From a virus (taxonomy: Duplodnaviria; Caudoviricetes), in the IMG/VR virus record IMGVR_UViG_3300009031_000221, positions 448,001-512,000 of that record: a stretch of DNA of 64,000 bases; one strand, written 5' to 3'. Shown here one piece after another: positions 44,732-53,238 of this stretch. The translations under genes and the position numbers were made by a program. The notes under the pieces were generated by a model, which was not told the origin of the DNA, made no database searches, and saw nothing but the letters and a program-made list of their open reading frames with translations. The first letter of the stretch is position 1; each line of letters opens with the position of its first letter.

Positions 44732-44758
44732 ATCTACGCTGAACGAGTGGAAAGTAAG
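44732..44758 (-). promoter_or_regulatory. Class A promoter motif
   Basis: Reverse CTTACT-N13-GCGTAGAT. Confidence 0.85.
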
Positions 44759-44759
44759 T

Positions 44760-45014
44760 CTACGCGGCCTCCACAACAACGACCAAACCCAAGTTAGGGC
44801 CTCGGACTTCATGCACATCGATATGCCCATCCATGTAGGAAACGATGTGCCGTTCAGGGCTCGATGCGGTTCCCTGGGTGCTCTTCCTCCCGCATACCGT
44901 GCGAAGGACGTTATTGTCCAACACTTGCATGCCCCGTTCCAAGGCGGACTTGGAGTAGATGTGGAACTTCATATGAGGCTGCAGCGCCTTGAATTGATCG
45001 AAACGGTCATTCAT
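44760..45014 (-). CDS. Hypothetical protein
   Basis: 84 aa. Confidence 0.65.
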   Translation of the reverse strand: MNDRFDQFKALQPHMKFHIYSKSALERGMQVLDNNVLRTVCGRKSTQGTASSPERHIVSYMDGHIDVHEVRGPNLGLVVVVEAA

Positions 45015-45016
45015 GA

Positions 45017-45676
45017 TTACGCCTCCACCGCATTGAATTCATCCACAATCAACTGACGCCAAGCGATTTCCCGATCGAGGATGTGCAAGGTGCTTTCGGC
45101 ATCCAGACACAGGCACAGGCGCTCGATCAGGCAGGTCGGGTTCGGAACCAGGGGGAAGTCCCCGCCGTACGTGATCCCGGTGACGCGGGACAAAGCCGCC
45201 GACACCGTGAATGCCTTGGCAAAGGGGAACCAGAACACCGTAGGCTTGACCTCATCCCCCTCCTGAACCATGGCCACATTGGCGTAGGGGTTGCCGTGGT
45301 GCAGGAAGAACCCCGGACGAACCATCCCCTCCACAGGGCTATCCTTGGGGAACAGCAAGGCCTTCGCCCGCTTCAGGACTTCGACTTCCTGGATCTTCGT
45401 ATCCATTTGTTCCGCACCCGCCTGAACCGCACCCTCGCGAATGGCCTCTCGGGTCGGACCATAGTGCGGCTGGTCAAATGCCATCTCGCCATTGCCGTTG
45501 AAAAACTGGACGTTGAATTGGCCGCAAGGGCAAAACCAACCAGAGCCGGGAGCGGCGACGTTGGAAGTCTTGCGGCACTGGCTGCAACGGGCGCCGATGA
45601 AGTGGTGATGGTGGCGGAAGATGTCAACGATCTGATCGTGGTTGTACATCATCTGCTTGGGGGTCGGGGTATGCAT
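45017..45676 (-). CDS. Hypothetical protein with N-terminal Cys motif
   Basis: CSQC..CPC; GAGGAA RBS. Confidence 0.7.
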   Translation of the reverse strand: MHTPTPKQMMYNHDQIVDIFRHHHHFIGARCSQCRKTSNVAAPGSGWFCPCGQFNVQFFNGNGEMAFDQPHYGPTREAIREGAVQAGAEQMDTKIQEVEVLKRAKALLFPKDSPVEGMVRPGFFLHHGNPYANVAMVQEGDEVKPTVFWFPFAKAFTVSAALSRVTGITYGGDFPLVPNPTCLIERLCLCLDAESTLHILDREIAWRQLIVDEFNAVEA

Positions 45677-45714
45677 GATTCCTCGTTCGTTGGGGGCGTC
45701 GATGCCCACGTATC

Positions 45715-45741
45715 ATCTACGCTGAACTTCGGAAAAGTAAG
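45715..45741 (-). promoter_or_regulatory. Class A promoter motif
   Basis: Reverse CTTACT-N13-GCGTAGAT. Confidence 0.85.
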
Positions 45742-45743
45742 TT

Positions 45744-46169
45744 CTAAATCTGCTTGCCCACATCAGGGCCAACCGCATCCAATAGCCGTTGGTTGTAGCC
45801 CTTGAAGGCTGCGTCATCATGGGTCAATGCCTCGGACTTGACCCATGCAACGGTGATCCCCTTTTCGATCTCGTAGGGTTCCGTGGGGATTGAACCCTGT
45901 ACCTTGCCAACGAAGATCTCGTTCCAGTGGGTATTGGGGCCTTCGCACCAATCGGCAAATACGGGCTCGAGATCCGTAATCCGAATGCCCGTTTCTTCCA
46001 GTAGTTCTCGGGCTGCGGCATCCCTCAGGGATTCGCAACCATCGGCCTTCCCGCCGGGCAGCCCGTATGTATTGGGGATGCCTCGGCGGGTCGTAGCCAG
46101 GATGAGTCCATCAGCGTTCCGAATCAGAACGCAAGCGCAGGGGATAGGGGAGCGGGGGCCGGCAGTCAT
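45744..46169 (-). CDS. NUDIX hydrolase
   Basis: PGGKADGCESLRDAAARELLEETG Nudix box. Confidence 0.92.
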   Translation of the reverse strand: MTAGPRSPIPCACVLIRNADGLILATTRRGIPNTYGLPGGKADGCESLRDAAARELLEETGIRITDLEPVFADWCEGPNTHWNEIFVGKVQGSIPTEPYEIEKGITVAWVKSEALTHDDAAFKGYNQRLLDAVGPDVGKQI

Positions 46170-46174
46170 GGCAA

Positions 46175-46624
46175 TTACTCCGTAACGGGCGGGGCGGGCA
46201 GTTCCGTGAACCAGGCCTTGTCGAAGGCGATGTAGGCATCACGGGGAGACTGACCCTCGCCGATGACGCCGCCGTAGATGGCAACCCAGACGTACGTGAT
46301 CTCGCTGCTGTTGGCGCCGTAGCAACGGGCCTCCTTGGACAGCACCGGGCGGAAGATCATGCACGGACGGGCATCGCGGGCACGCTTTTCCTCGAGGACT
46401 GCGACGTGCTTATTCTTGACCTCCCGAAGGGCATCCTCCGCGGAGTTCTGGACGGCGCGGATGGAGTTGTTGGTGGTGTCCTTCACGCTGCCGACATCCG
46501 CGGCAAATCCCCTGCGGAAGCTATTGCAGACACTCGAGAATTCTCCCATAGCCGTCAGGAAGGCATCGCGAATGTCGCGACGCAGGAGATCCTGCTGGGT
46601 TTCGTTGAGCAAATTGGCGGTCAT
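46175..46624 (-). CDS. Hypothetical protein
   Basis: 149 aa, GGAGG RBS. Confidence 0.75.
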   Translation of the reverse strand: MTANLLNETQQDLLRRDIRDAFLTAMGEFSSVCNSFRRGFAADVGSVKDTTNNSIRAVQNSAEDALREVKNKHVAVLEEKRARDARPCMIFRPVLSKEARCYGANSSEITYVWVAIYGGVIGEGQSPRDAYIAFDKAWFTELPAPPVTE

Positions 46625-46667
46625 GATAGGTTCCTCCGTGTGTGTTAGGCGTCATCGCCTACATACC

Positions 46668-46694
46668 ATCTACGCTGTCGATGGGAAAAGTAAG
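46668..46694 (-). promoter_or_regulatory. Class A promoter motif
   Basis: Reverse CTTACT-N13-GCGTAGAT. Confidence 0.85.
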
Positions 46695-46910
46695 TCACGT
46701 CAATGGAACAATAGCCTCAGCCGCCGCTTGCCGTGTCTTGTAAACCGGTGCCCTGGGATTCCGCGAGGCTACAAGGTCGGCTTGATTGAGCCAACGCTTG
46801 TCCCCGCCTACCACGGAACCGATGAACTTGGTTCCGTCAAATACAGAGTACATGCTTCGACCGGTACCCCAGCCATCCTCGGATTTCTTGAATGTAAACT
46901 TCATGTTCAA
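46695..46910 (-). CDS. Hypothetical protein
   Basis: 71 aa. Confidence 0.65.
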   Translation of the reverse strand: MNMKFTFKKSEDGWGTGRSMYSVFDGTKFIGSVVGGDKRWLNQADLVASRNPRAPVYKTRQAAAEAIVPLT

Positions 46911-47617
46911 CCTTGCTGAGGGGATTCCCCCATGGAATAGGGATTCGTCTCTTTCCGTTGTGCATCCCAGATGCGATGCAGCGGGGTGATCCGAATCCCG
47001 TTCACGTTGACGCCACCATCAACATTTTGGATAGGCCCATAGATCATGTCATCGAGGTTATCGAGGCCGGTGATACCTGGGAGGCTGACAAGCACCAGGA
47101 ACCCATCGGGTTTGTTGCCGATGTAGGTCATTGTTGCACGCCGAGTGACCAGAGCACGCCAGTAGACGAGACATGCCTGTGCCCGTTGTTCCGCCGTCAC
47201 CCGCTGCATGTTGTGGTAATGCAACACGTCAGGAGTGGAAATCGATGGATCCAACTCACATTGTGCCGCCATCATACTTGCGATGCGTTCCGCCGACCAG
47301 CCCCGGTTATGAGGGCAAGCGCAGGTATGCATGTGCTGAAGGATCTCCCGGGCAACTGCAAGAGCGTTCATACGAGGGGGCACGCTTTCACGGGGAAGTT
47401 CTCCCTCAGGTTGATAATTCCAGGGTTCCCGCTTGAAGCCCCCGCAGCCAGACCAAGGGGATCCATCAGCCGTGAATACAACGCGCTTGCCTTTGACATG
47501 TACGACCACTTCACCGTTTGCCACACCCTGAATCAGGCCGTAGGGTTCCACAGTGCCCTTCCACATGTACGCCGGGGCTTCCGAAAAGTACACGCGATTT
47601 CCAATCTGAGCGTTCAT
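46907..47617 (-). CDS. Hypothetical protein
   Basis: 236 aa, ATGA overlaps. Confidence 0.7.
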   Translation of the reverse strand: MNAQIGNRVYFSEAPAYMWKGTVEPYGLIQGVANGEVVVHVKGKRVVFTADGSPWSGCGGFKREPWNYQPEGELPRESVPPRMNALAVAREILQHMHTCACPHNRGWSAERIASMMAAQCELDPSISTPDVLHYHNMQRVTAEQRAQACLVYWRALVTRRATMTYIGNKPDGFLVLVSLPGITGLDNLDDMIYGPIQNVDGGVNVNGIRITPLHRIWDAQRKETNPYSMGESPQQG

Positions 47618-47808
47618 GACTTCCTCGCTTTGTAGGCTTCTTCATCCCGACGTTCGTACACATGACGGGTCATAGGGGTTTTCACTTCAGGCGGCTGAAT
47701 GACCGTGCCATCCAACCGCAAGGTGAACGTAGAAAGTTCAACGGAAGGCTTTCCATCCTCCAGGACTTCCACGCGGCCATCCTTGATGATGATGGTCATG
47801 TTCTTCAT
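47614..47808 (-). CDS. Hypothetical protein
   Basis: MKNMTII start overlapping upstream stop. Confidence 0.6.
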   Translation of the reverse strand: MKNMTIIIKDGRVEVLEDGKPSVELSTFTLRLDGTVIQPPEVKTPMTRHVYERRDEEAYKARKS

Positions 47809-48062
47809 TCCGTTACCCCATTCTTCTTGGGCCAAGTGATAGTGTAGCCCCCAAAATCATCCTTCGAACCCCAGGTCACCTTGTACCCGGCTTCCACCAG
47901 GGCATTCTCCACACCCGGGAAGTATTCCCCCCGGACGATGACCGTGAACTTCCCGTCTCGGGCTTCCTTGAGGATGTAGTCCTCAATGCCACGCAGGACG
48001 GCCTTCTGCTTCTCCGAACCCAAGGAATTCGACAAGGTAGATGCTTCCGCAGCGGTCATCAT
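47805..48062 (-). CDS. Hypothetical protein
   Basis: 85 aa, AGGAG RBS. Confidence 0.7.
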   Translation of the reverse strand: MMTAAEASTLSNSLGSEKQKAVLRGIEDYILKEARDGKFTVIVRGEYFPGVENALVEAGYKVTWGSKDDFGGYTITWPKKNGVTE

Positions 48063-48103
48063 GGATCGCTCCTACAGGTTGGGGGCATATGCGCCCACAG
48101 TCT

Positions 48104-48130
48104 ATCTACGCTGATTGCTTGGAAAGTAAG
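48104..48130 (-). promoter_or_regulatory. Class A promoter motif
   Basis: Reverse CTTACT-N13-GCGTAGAT. Confidence 0.85.
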
Positions 48131-48137
48131 CCTCGTA

Positions 48138-48902
48138 TCACAACTTTTTGCTCAAATGAGTGCGGCAAGATTTAGGCAAGTTGCACGTTGTCCTATCAGG
48201 GCTATACCGGAATCTAGGCCTTGTAACAGGATCTCCACAAACAACGCATGTCCGCACTTCAGCATGTCTACGTGGGGGATGATTACTAGTCCTTTTCCGA
48301 TAGGCATTTACATCTAAAATCTCAAGATTCAACGGATCATCATTAGTTTTTACCATGTCGACATGGAACACTCGTTCATTCGGCAATAATGAACGCCCCA
48401 ACTTTTCCTCCGCAACTATAATAGCACGTTTCACGTAACCCTTATGTGACAATGGATGTTCCGAATTCCGGATATAGACAAATTTGCCTTGGACAATCTG
48501 GCCCCCATTCCAGTTGCCATGATTTGATCCTGTAGCATGATGAACAGTGTTCCCTTTTCCACCTATAACGGCAGCGCTGATCTTCCTCTTGGTTTCATCG
48601 GAACATTTTCCCCCCAAACCTCCATACTTGCAGTTGTAACCGTCATGAACACAATTCAACTTGGCAATCCAGGCAATTTCGAGAGCGTTCAAATCATCTT
48701 GCGTACCGTAGGGAGGTAATTCTTCAAGGATGTCAAATTGGAATGCCCCCGATCCATATTTGGCAAATGCTTTGTATAGCTTCACTTGAGCTTTGTGAGG
48801 CATATTCCCGTAGCTTTTCCATCGTTTTTCGATGTCCCAACTTTGCCCTACGTATGCTTTGCTATTTATGGTATTGGTGATTCTGTATATGCCAATGGTC
48901 AT
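48138..48902 (-). CDS. GIY-YIG homing endonuclease with C-terminal HNH-like module
   Basis: GIYRITNTINSKAYVGQS..R..Y..E..YN; ERVFHVDMVKTNDDPLNLEIL; AT-richer. Confidence 0.88.
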   Translation of the reverse strand: MTIGIYRITNTINSKAYVGQSWDIEKRWKSYGNMPHKAQVKLYKAFAKYGSGAFQFDILEELPPYGTQDDLNALEIAWIAKLNCVHDGYNCKYGGLGGKCSDETKRKISAAVIGGKGNTVHHATGSNHGNWNGGQIVQGKFVYIRNSEHPLSHKGYVKRAIIVAEEKLGRSLLPNERVFHVDMVKTNDDPLNLEILDVNAYRKRTSNHPPRRHAEVRTCVVCGDPVTRPRFRYSPDRTTCNLPKSCRTHLSKKL

Positions 48903-49408
48903 GGGTTACCACCATAATTGGGAAGTACCCACACTTGTTCGGTATCATACAGGACTTTTTCTGTTCTTGGTGGATGTACGGGAAGAAGCACAACCTTTGT
49001 GATCGTTTTTGAAGGTTTTACTTCCCCTGACCCTGCACAAAATTCGCATTGACGATGTTCCATCACATGATACAGAATCCGAGGATCATACCCTTTATCA
49101 ATACCGCTATCATCAGGGCATAGGCGGACAATGGCGCCTATAGGCGCCATTAATGCCCCCACAGGGGGAGGATATATGGCATAGTAATGCTGGATTGATC
49201 CTTGGATTTTTCGGAACTTGTCCGATCTTAGCTGAGCCGTATTATGTAACCATGTTTCGGCGTCCTTCAGGCGGACGACATGCCAACTCCCCCATTTTCT
49301 ACATGGCAACTCACCGGACTTCAAAGCCCTGCGAACCATATTCTCGGACACACCCAGATGTTTGGCAACTTCAACGGGGGTCATCCCCGGAACTTCATAG
49401 CTTGACAT
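48899..49408 (-). CDS. Excisionase/MerR-type HTH DNA-binding protein
   Basis: TPVEVAKHLGVSENMVRRALKSGELPCRKWG. Confidence 0.8.
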   Translation of the reverse strand: MSSYEVPGMTPVEVAKHLGVSENMVRRALKSGELPCRKWGSWHVVRLKDAETWLHNTAQLRSDKFRKIQGSIQHYYAIYPPPVGALMAPIGAIVRLCPDDSGIDKGYDPRILYHVMEHRQCEFCAGSGEVKPSKTITKVVLLPVHPPRTEKVLYDTEQVWVLPNYGGNP

Positions 49409-49446
49409 TAGCAATACCATCCGCCGCAGATGTGCGACTCAATATG

Positions 49447-49475
49447 ATGGTAGGTAATACCTAGCTTCCTGTCAA
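49447..49475 (-). promoter_or_regulatory. Canonical sigma70-type promoter
   Basis: TTGACA-N17-TACCAT upstream of HTH + GIY-YIG. Confidence 0.6.
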
Positions 49476-49494
49476 GAGTAAGCTGCGCTATTTC

Positions 49495-49806
49495 CTACAC
49501 GCACAGATTTTCGCTGGCGGCTAAAGCTTTGTCCAAGTCCGATCCAATCAGGGCGTACAGTTCATCAGGGCTATAGCCCGGAAGTGCCGTTCCCGTGGAG
49601 TGCCAGTGTTCCGCTTTCACGTGGCACACCGGACACAAGGAAATGCCGTTTTCCGGCACGTAACCGCCATTAGGCATGTCATGGCGATCTAGGATATGAT
49701 GAGCGTCTAGAGGGCCATCTTGACGGCATACACGGCATTTGTAGCCGTCCCGTGCAAAGGTTCTATCCCTGAACTGCTGCCGAACCTGTTTCTTGTCCAG
49801 CTTCAT
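49495..49806 (-). CDS. Small HNH endonuclease
   Basis: CRVC..DAHHI..NGISLCPVCH. Confidence 0.88.
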   Translation of the reverse strand: MKLDKKQVRQQFRDRTFARDGYKCRVCRQDGPLDAHHILDRHDMPNGGYVPENGISLCPVCHVKAEHWHSTGTALPGYSPDELYALIGSDLDKALAASENLCV

Positions 49807-49812
49807 GTGAAC

Positions 49813-50295
49813 CTACAAAGGGCGGACATCCGCATCGGGGAGACGCGCCTCAAGATATGGGATGATTTCAGACAAAGGAGTCCCCCCACTGTCATATACG
49901 TCAATGCACAGATCCAGGATCATCGGGGATACCGTGTATGGGCCATCCCGGTAATCGGGCATCCCATCCGTCAATACCACAACCCGACCTTCCTGACGGG
50001 TGATCCACAGCAGTTCCGCCGCTTTGTCCAGTGCCTCGTAGAGCGGAGTTCCACCCGCTCCGAACCGGGGGAACGTATCGACTGGAACCTCAGGGTTCCG
50101 AGTCCAAGGTACTACAACCTCGATTTTGTGGCCGAACAATACGATTGCGTACTCCGTGCAAGGGCACAATCTAGCAACGTATCCTTGGGCAACCTCGGAG
50201 AGGTGTTGTAAAATCGTGGTGTTGCCTTTGTGACAAGTGCCTGTAGAACCTGAAGCATCAATCAGAAATACCGTACGCATGTTCACTCCTGCCAA
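49813..50295 (-). CDS. Small vWA-domain protein
   Basis: VFLIDASGST, VLFG, GGTP, LTDG. Confidence 0.8.
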   Translation of the reverse strand: MAGVNMRTVFLIDASGSTGTCHKGNTTILQHLSEVAQGYVARLCPCTEYAIVLFGHKIEVVVPWTRNPEVPVDTFPRFGAGGTPLYEALDKAAELLWITRQEGRVVVLTDGMPDYRDGPYTVSPMILDLCIDVYDSGGTPLSEIIPYLEARLPDADVRPL

Positions 50296-50304
50296 TCGTA
50301 TTTG

Positions 50305-50736
50305 TTATCCCGCCGAAGCATCGTCCCCGTCCATGTCTCCATCATCCACTGGATTGTCATCATCCAAAGTGTGGAGGAGCGCATCGTCCGAAAGGTCACA
50401 TGATGCCAGCAAAGCCCGCAAAGAGTCATTCACGACGGGGCAATAGGTCTCGGTAACATCGATGTCGATAGCATCCAATGCCGCATCCGCGGCCTTCATG
50501 GCGGCATCATGGTCTAGGGCGGATCCAACCGCGTAGATATACGTGGGTTCTACATCCAAAGAGGACACGCACCACACAACGTTGGGTGCCCTGCCGCGAA
50601 CGACCATTAGGCAATCGTCCGTATCATCCAAAGCCCGTACGTGTGTACGCTTGCCAAAAAGCCCCTTGTCCAATTCTTGCCACGGGGACAAACGACCGGC
50701 ATTCCTTACCGCAATGAATTCATGGATATTGCTCAT
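50305..50736 (-). CDS. Hypothetical protein
   Basis: 143 aa, acidic C-terminus. Confidence 0.7.
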   Translation of the reverse strand: MSNIHEFIAVRNAGRLSPWQELDKGLFGKRTHVRALDDTDDCLMVVRGRAPNVVWCVSSLDVEPTYIYAVGSALDHDAAMKAADAALDAIDIDVTETYCPVVNDSLRALLASCDLSDDALLHTLDDDNPVDDGDMDGDDASAG

Positions 50737-51200
50737 CTGGACCCGTTCCTTTTGGACTTCTTGGTGTTCTTGGACTTGGAAGATTCCTCGGCATACCGAG
50801 TGTTGTAATCCCGGATGGTTTGGGGATTCCGCAAATCAATGCCATAGTTGTTGCACATGATGCGGACATCCGGGTCTTCCAGGCAGTCTTCAAATGAATT
50901 GTATTCGCTGATCAACTGGGACAACGTATGGACATCCCACACAAGGTCGAATTCGTAGGGAAGTTGGGGATCTTCGGCATTGGGGAAGTCCCGAAGGTAC
51001 GGAAGGTATTCCCACGTGTCCATTTCTTCCCGGGTCGCTTGGCCGTGCTTGTGTTCGGTTCGCCAAGACACCAACGGAACCGCATTACCACCGCCGCCAT
51101 AGGTGTAAACAATGTCCCCTTGCTTGGGACGACGGTAGTACCCACCGATGACTACGGTGTTCTTGTGCTTGTCCCCTTGAACTGTGCATTTGATGGACAT
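50733..51200 (-). CDS. Hypothetical protein
   Basis: 155 aa, behind class A promoter. Confidence 0.7.
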   Translation of the reverse strand: MSIKCTVQGDKHKNTVVIGGYYRRPKQGDIVYTYGGGGNAVPLVSWRTEHKHGQATREEMDTWEYLPYLRDFPNAEDPQLPYEFDLVWDVHTLSQLISEYNSFEDCLEDPDVRIMCNNYGIDLRNPQTIRDYNTRYAEESSKSKNTKKSKRNGSR

Positions 51201-51237
51201 GATCAGTTCCTTCGGGGGATCGTATGACCCGCATCCT

Positions 51238-51264
51238 ATCTACGCATGCGGGGACGAAAGTAAG
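51238..51264 (-). promoter_or_regulatory. Class A promoter motif
   Basis: Reverse CTTACT-N13-GCGTAGAT. Confidence 0.85.
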
Positions 51265-51266
51265 CC

Positions 51267-52007
51267 CTACCAGCAGATGTTAAATCCTGGGTGCTCTTTG
51301 CCGATTAGCAATTTGGTTGCCACGGCAAGGGTTGGATTGATCAAGGGGCCGGAACCAAACGACACGGTTTGATTCCGTACGTACACCTTGCTCAGGGTGT
51401 CCTCCCATCCTTCAAACATGACACGCCCGCCGTTCCCGTTGATGTAGCGGCAAACCAGAGCGGATGCCGCATTCAGATCGGCAGTGACAGACTTGGCACA
51501 CCCGATGCCAGAACACCAAGCGTATCCAATGAATTCACGCACAGTGTGGGCATCTTCGTAGACAAACAGGCAGTCGCAATCCACGTAGCCCATATACGTG
51601 TCATCCAAGTCCAACCGTACATCGGTAATGCAACTTGCCTGCCAACCCTGCTCCGTCAGAGCCTTTGCTCCGGGGGTATATGGAAAGTTCTTGGCATCCA
51701 CGATGAGATTAGACAACAAACCCGGTTCCGATTCCAACCAGATTTCTGCCGTGACACGGGTAAATTCCTGGCACTCCATGACTTCCATGTCAGATGAGGC
51801 CTCTACCTCGGCCACGGTCTTCGTGACTCGCATGCCTTCATCGTCAAACCAAGTCCAGCACCGTTCGCCCTGGGTGAATCGAAGGCGCAACCTGACCAAG
51901 GGATCAGGCAAATCGTAATGGGCAAGGTTCGCAGCGATAGATTCCTTCATCGCGAGGAGCCGGTCACATTCTCGTTCCAACTCTGTTGCCAAGTCAGGTG
52001 CTGTCAT
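51267..52007 (-). CDS. Hypothetical protein
   Basis: 246 aa, GAGGGG RBS. Confidence 0.7.
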   Translation of the reverse strand: MTAPDLATELERECDRLLAMKESIAANLAHYDLPDPLVRLRLRFTQGERCWTWFDDEGMRVTKTVAEVEASSDMEVMECQEFTRVTAEIWLESEPGLLSNLIVDAKNFPYTPGAKALTEQGWQASCITDVRLDLDDTYMGYVDCDCLFVYEDAHTVREFIGYAWCSGIGCAKSVTADLNAASALVCRYINGNGGRVMFEGWEDTLSKVYVRNQTVSFGSGPLINPTLAVATKLLIGKEHPGFNICW

Positions 52008-52076
52008 TTGTCCCCCTCAGTGTGATTTGCCCTGTAGACGCAGCATTCGATCGATGTATGACAAGCCGTCTACGCA

Positions 52077-52116
52077 AACGGGGAGCGGAGTACTCCACAT
52101 ACTCCGCTCCCCGTTG
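52077..52116. terminator. Stem-loop terminator
   Basis: AACGGGGAGCGGAGTA / TACTCCGCTCCCCGTT. Confidence 0.75.
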
Positions 52117-52123
52117 TTTGGTG

Positions 52124-52930
52124 CTACGCCGCCTTGGCGATGACGTTCATGATGTCGTCAGTGACCAGGAAGCCCGCCTTCGAGGCAGCAACGGCAGCCG
52201 TGCCGCCGGCGTTGAGGATGAAGTCCGCACCCGGCTCGAGGGGGTACGAAACGTACTTGCCGACCGGCAGCTTGTACTTGAGCGCATCCTTCGCACGGGT
52301 CTTCGGGGCGCTGTTCGGCTCCGGGGCATCGCCGTTCGGCGCCGGGGTCAGGACGGTCTTGTAGATCTGGAGGCCCTGCAGGTACACGGTGCCCGGCAGC
52401 GGCGCCTTCTCATCGCCCGTGCAGTTGCGGCACTTGCAATCGTAGGACGTGCCCTCCGAATCCGACTCGCCCTTCACGCACTTGTAGACCTTGCTGCCAC
52501 GAACCGTCTCGCCGTTCACGACCAGCGGGGTGTAGACGTGCGCCGTGGTGCTTTCGTTCTCGCCCGCCAAGGACTTCTCGAAAGACGCCTTGAGTTCCGC
52601 ACGGGCTTCCTCCACGTCCGCAACCGTGACCTTGTGACCCTTCTCGGCGAGGTCGGCAACGATCACATCCGCGGCGATGCCCGGCAGGGCGTCCAAGGAA
52701 CGCTGCACAAGGCGGTCGTACCGGAAGCCGGTGACAACAACCACATGCACCTGTTCATCACCGTAGAGCTTGCGGTCGGCACCCTTGCCGACCATCTTGC
52801 CCTTCTTCTTCGTGATGAGGCCGGTGAACGTGCCAACGCGAGCATCCGCCAAGAGAGCGGCCAAGAGGGGGCTATTCGAGTTCGTATTCATGGTTTCCAT
52901 CCTTCGTCTGAGGTTGTCAGGGTTGGTCAT
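52124..52930 (-). CDS. Hypothetical protein, paralog of 57435..58199
   Basis: Shared KKG..YGDE.VHV..TGF.Y..L..RS and KT.AKD.LK..LPVG.YV motifs; strong codon bias. Confidence 0.85.
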   Translation of the reverse strand: MTNPDNLRRRMETMNTNSNSPLLAALLADARVGTFTGLITKKKGKMVGKGADRKLYGDEQVHVVVVTGFRYDRLVQRSLDALPGIAADVIVADLAEKGHKVTVADVEEARAELKASFEKSLAGENESTTAHVYTPLVVNGETVRGSKVYKCVKGESDSEGTSYDCKCRNCTGDEKAPLPGTVYLQGLQIYKTVLTPAPNGDAPEPNSAPKTRAKDALKYKLPVGKYVSYPLEPGADFILNAGGTAAVAASKAGFLVTDDIMNVIAKAA

Positions 52931-52948
52931 TCGCCGCCCCTATGTGGT

Positions 52949-52975
52949 ATCTACGCTCAACTTCGGAAAAGTAAG
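52949..52975 (-). promoter_or_regulatory. Class A promoter motif
   Basis: Reverse CTTACT-N13-GCGTAGAT. Confidence 0.85.
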
Positions 52976-53003
52976 TCACACCAGGTGTGATAAACGCTAG
53001 GGC

Positions 53004-53064
53004 AAAACGCACCGTGCCCCCGTCAACTGGCCCCCGAGGGGCGCTGCTGTTGACGGGGGCACGG
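53004..53064 (-). terminator. Intrinsic terminator
   Basis: CCGTGCCCCCGTCAAC/GTTGACGGGGGCACGG + TGCGTTTT. Confidence 0.8.
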
Positions 53065-53200
53065 CTAGACACTTCACAACAAAATCAAAATAAATAATAA
53101 TGTGTGGGTTAGGCCATGATACACCTTCCTTTTCATTATTCGTCGGCTATGCCGGATGGGGTTGTCGTTCCTTGTCCATGGGGCCTTCGCGTTCCCCGCT
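53004..53200 (-). ncRNA. ~195-nt promoter-to-terminator unit with minigene and U-rich tract
   Basis: AAGGAAGG-N6-ATG GCC TAA, then ATTATTATTTATTTTGATTTTGTTG before terminator; overlapping 20-aa ORF lacks an RBS. Confidence 0.55.
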
Positions 53201-53207
53201 ACATCCT

Positions 53208-53234
53208 ATCTACGCTCGAAGCGGGAAAAGTAAG
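53208..53234 (-). promoter_or_regulatory. Class A promoter motif
   Basis: Reverse CTTACT-N13-GCGTAGAT. Confidence 0.85.
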
Positions 53235-53238
53235 TCAC

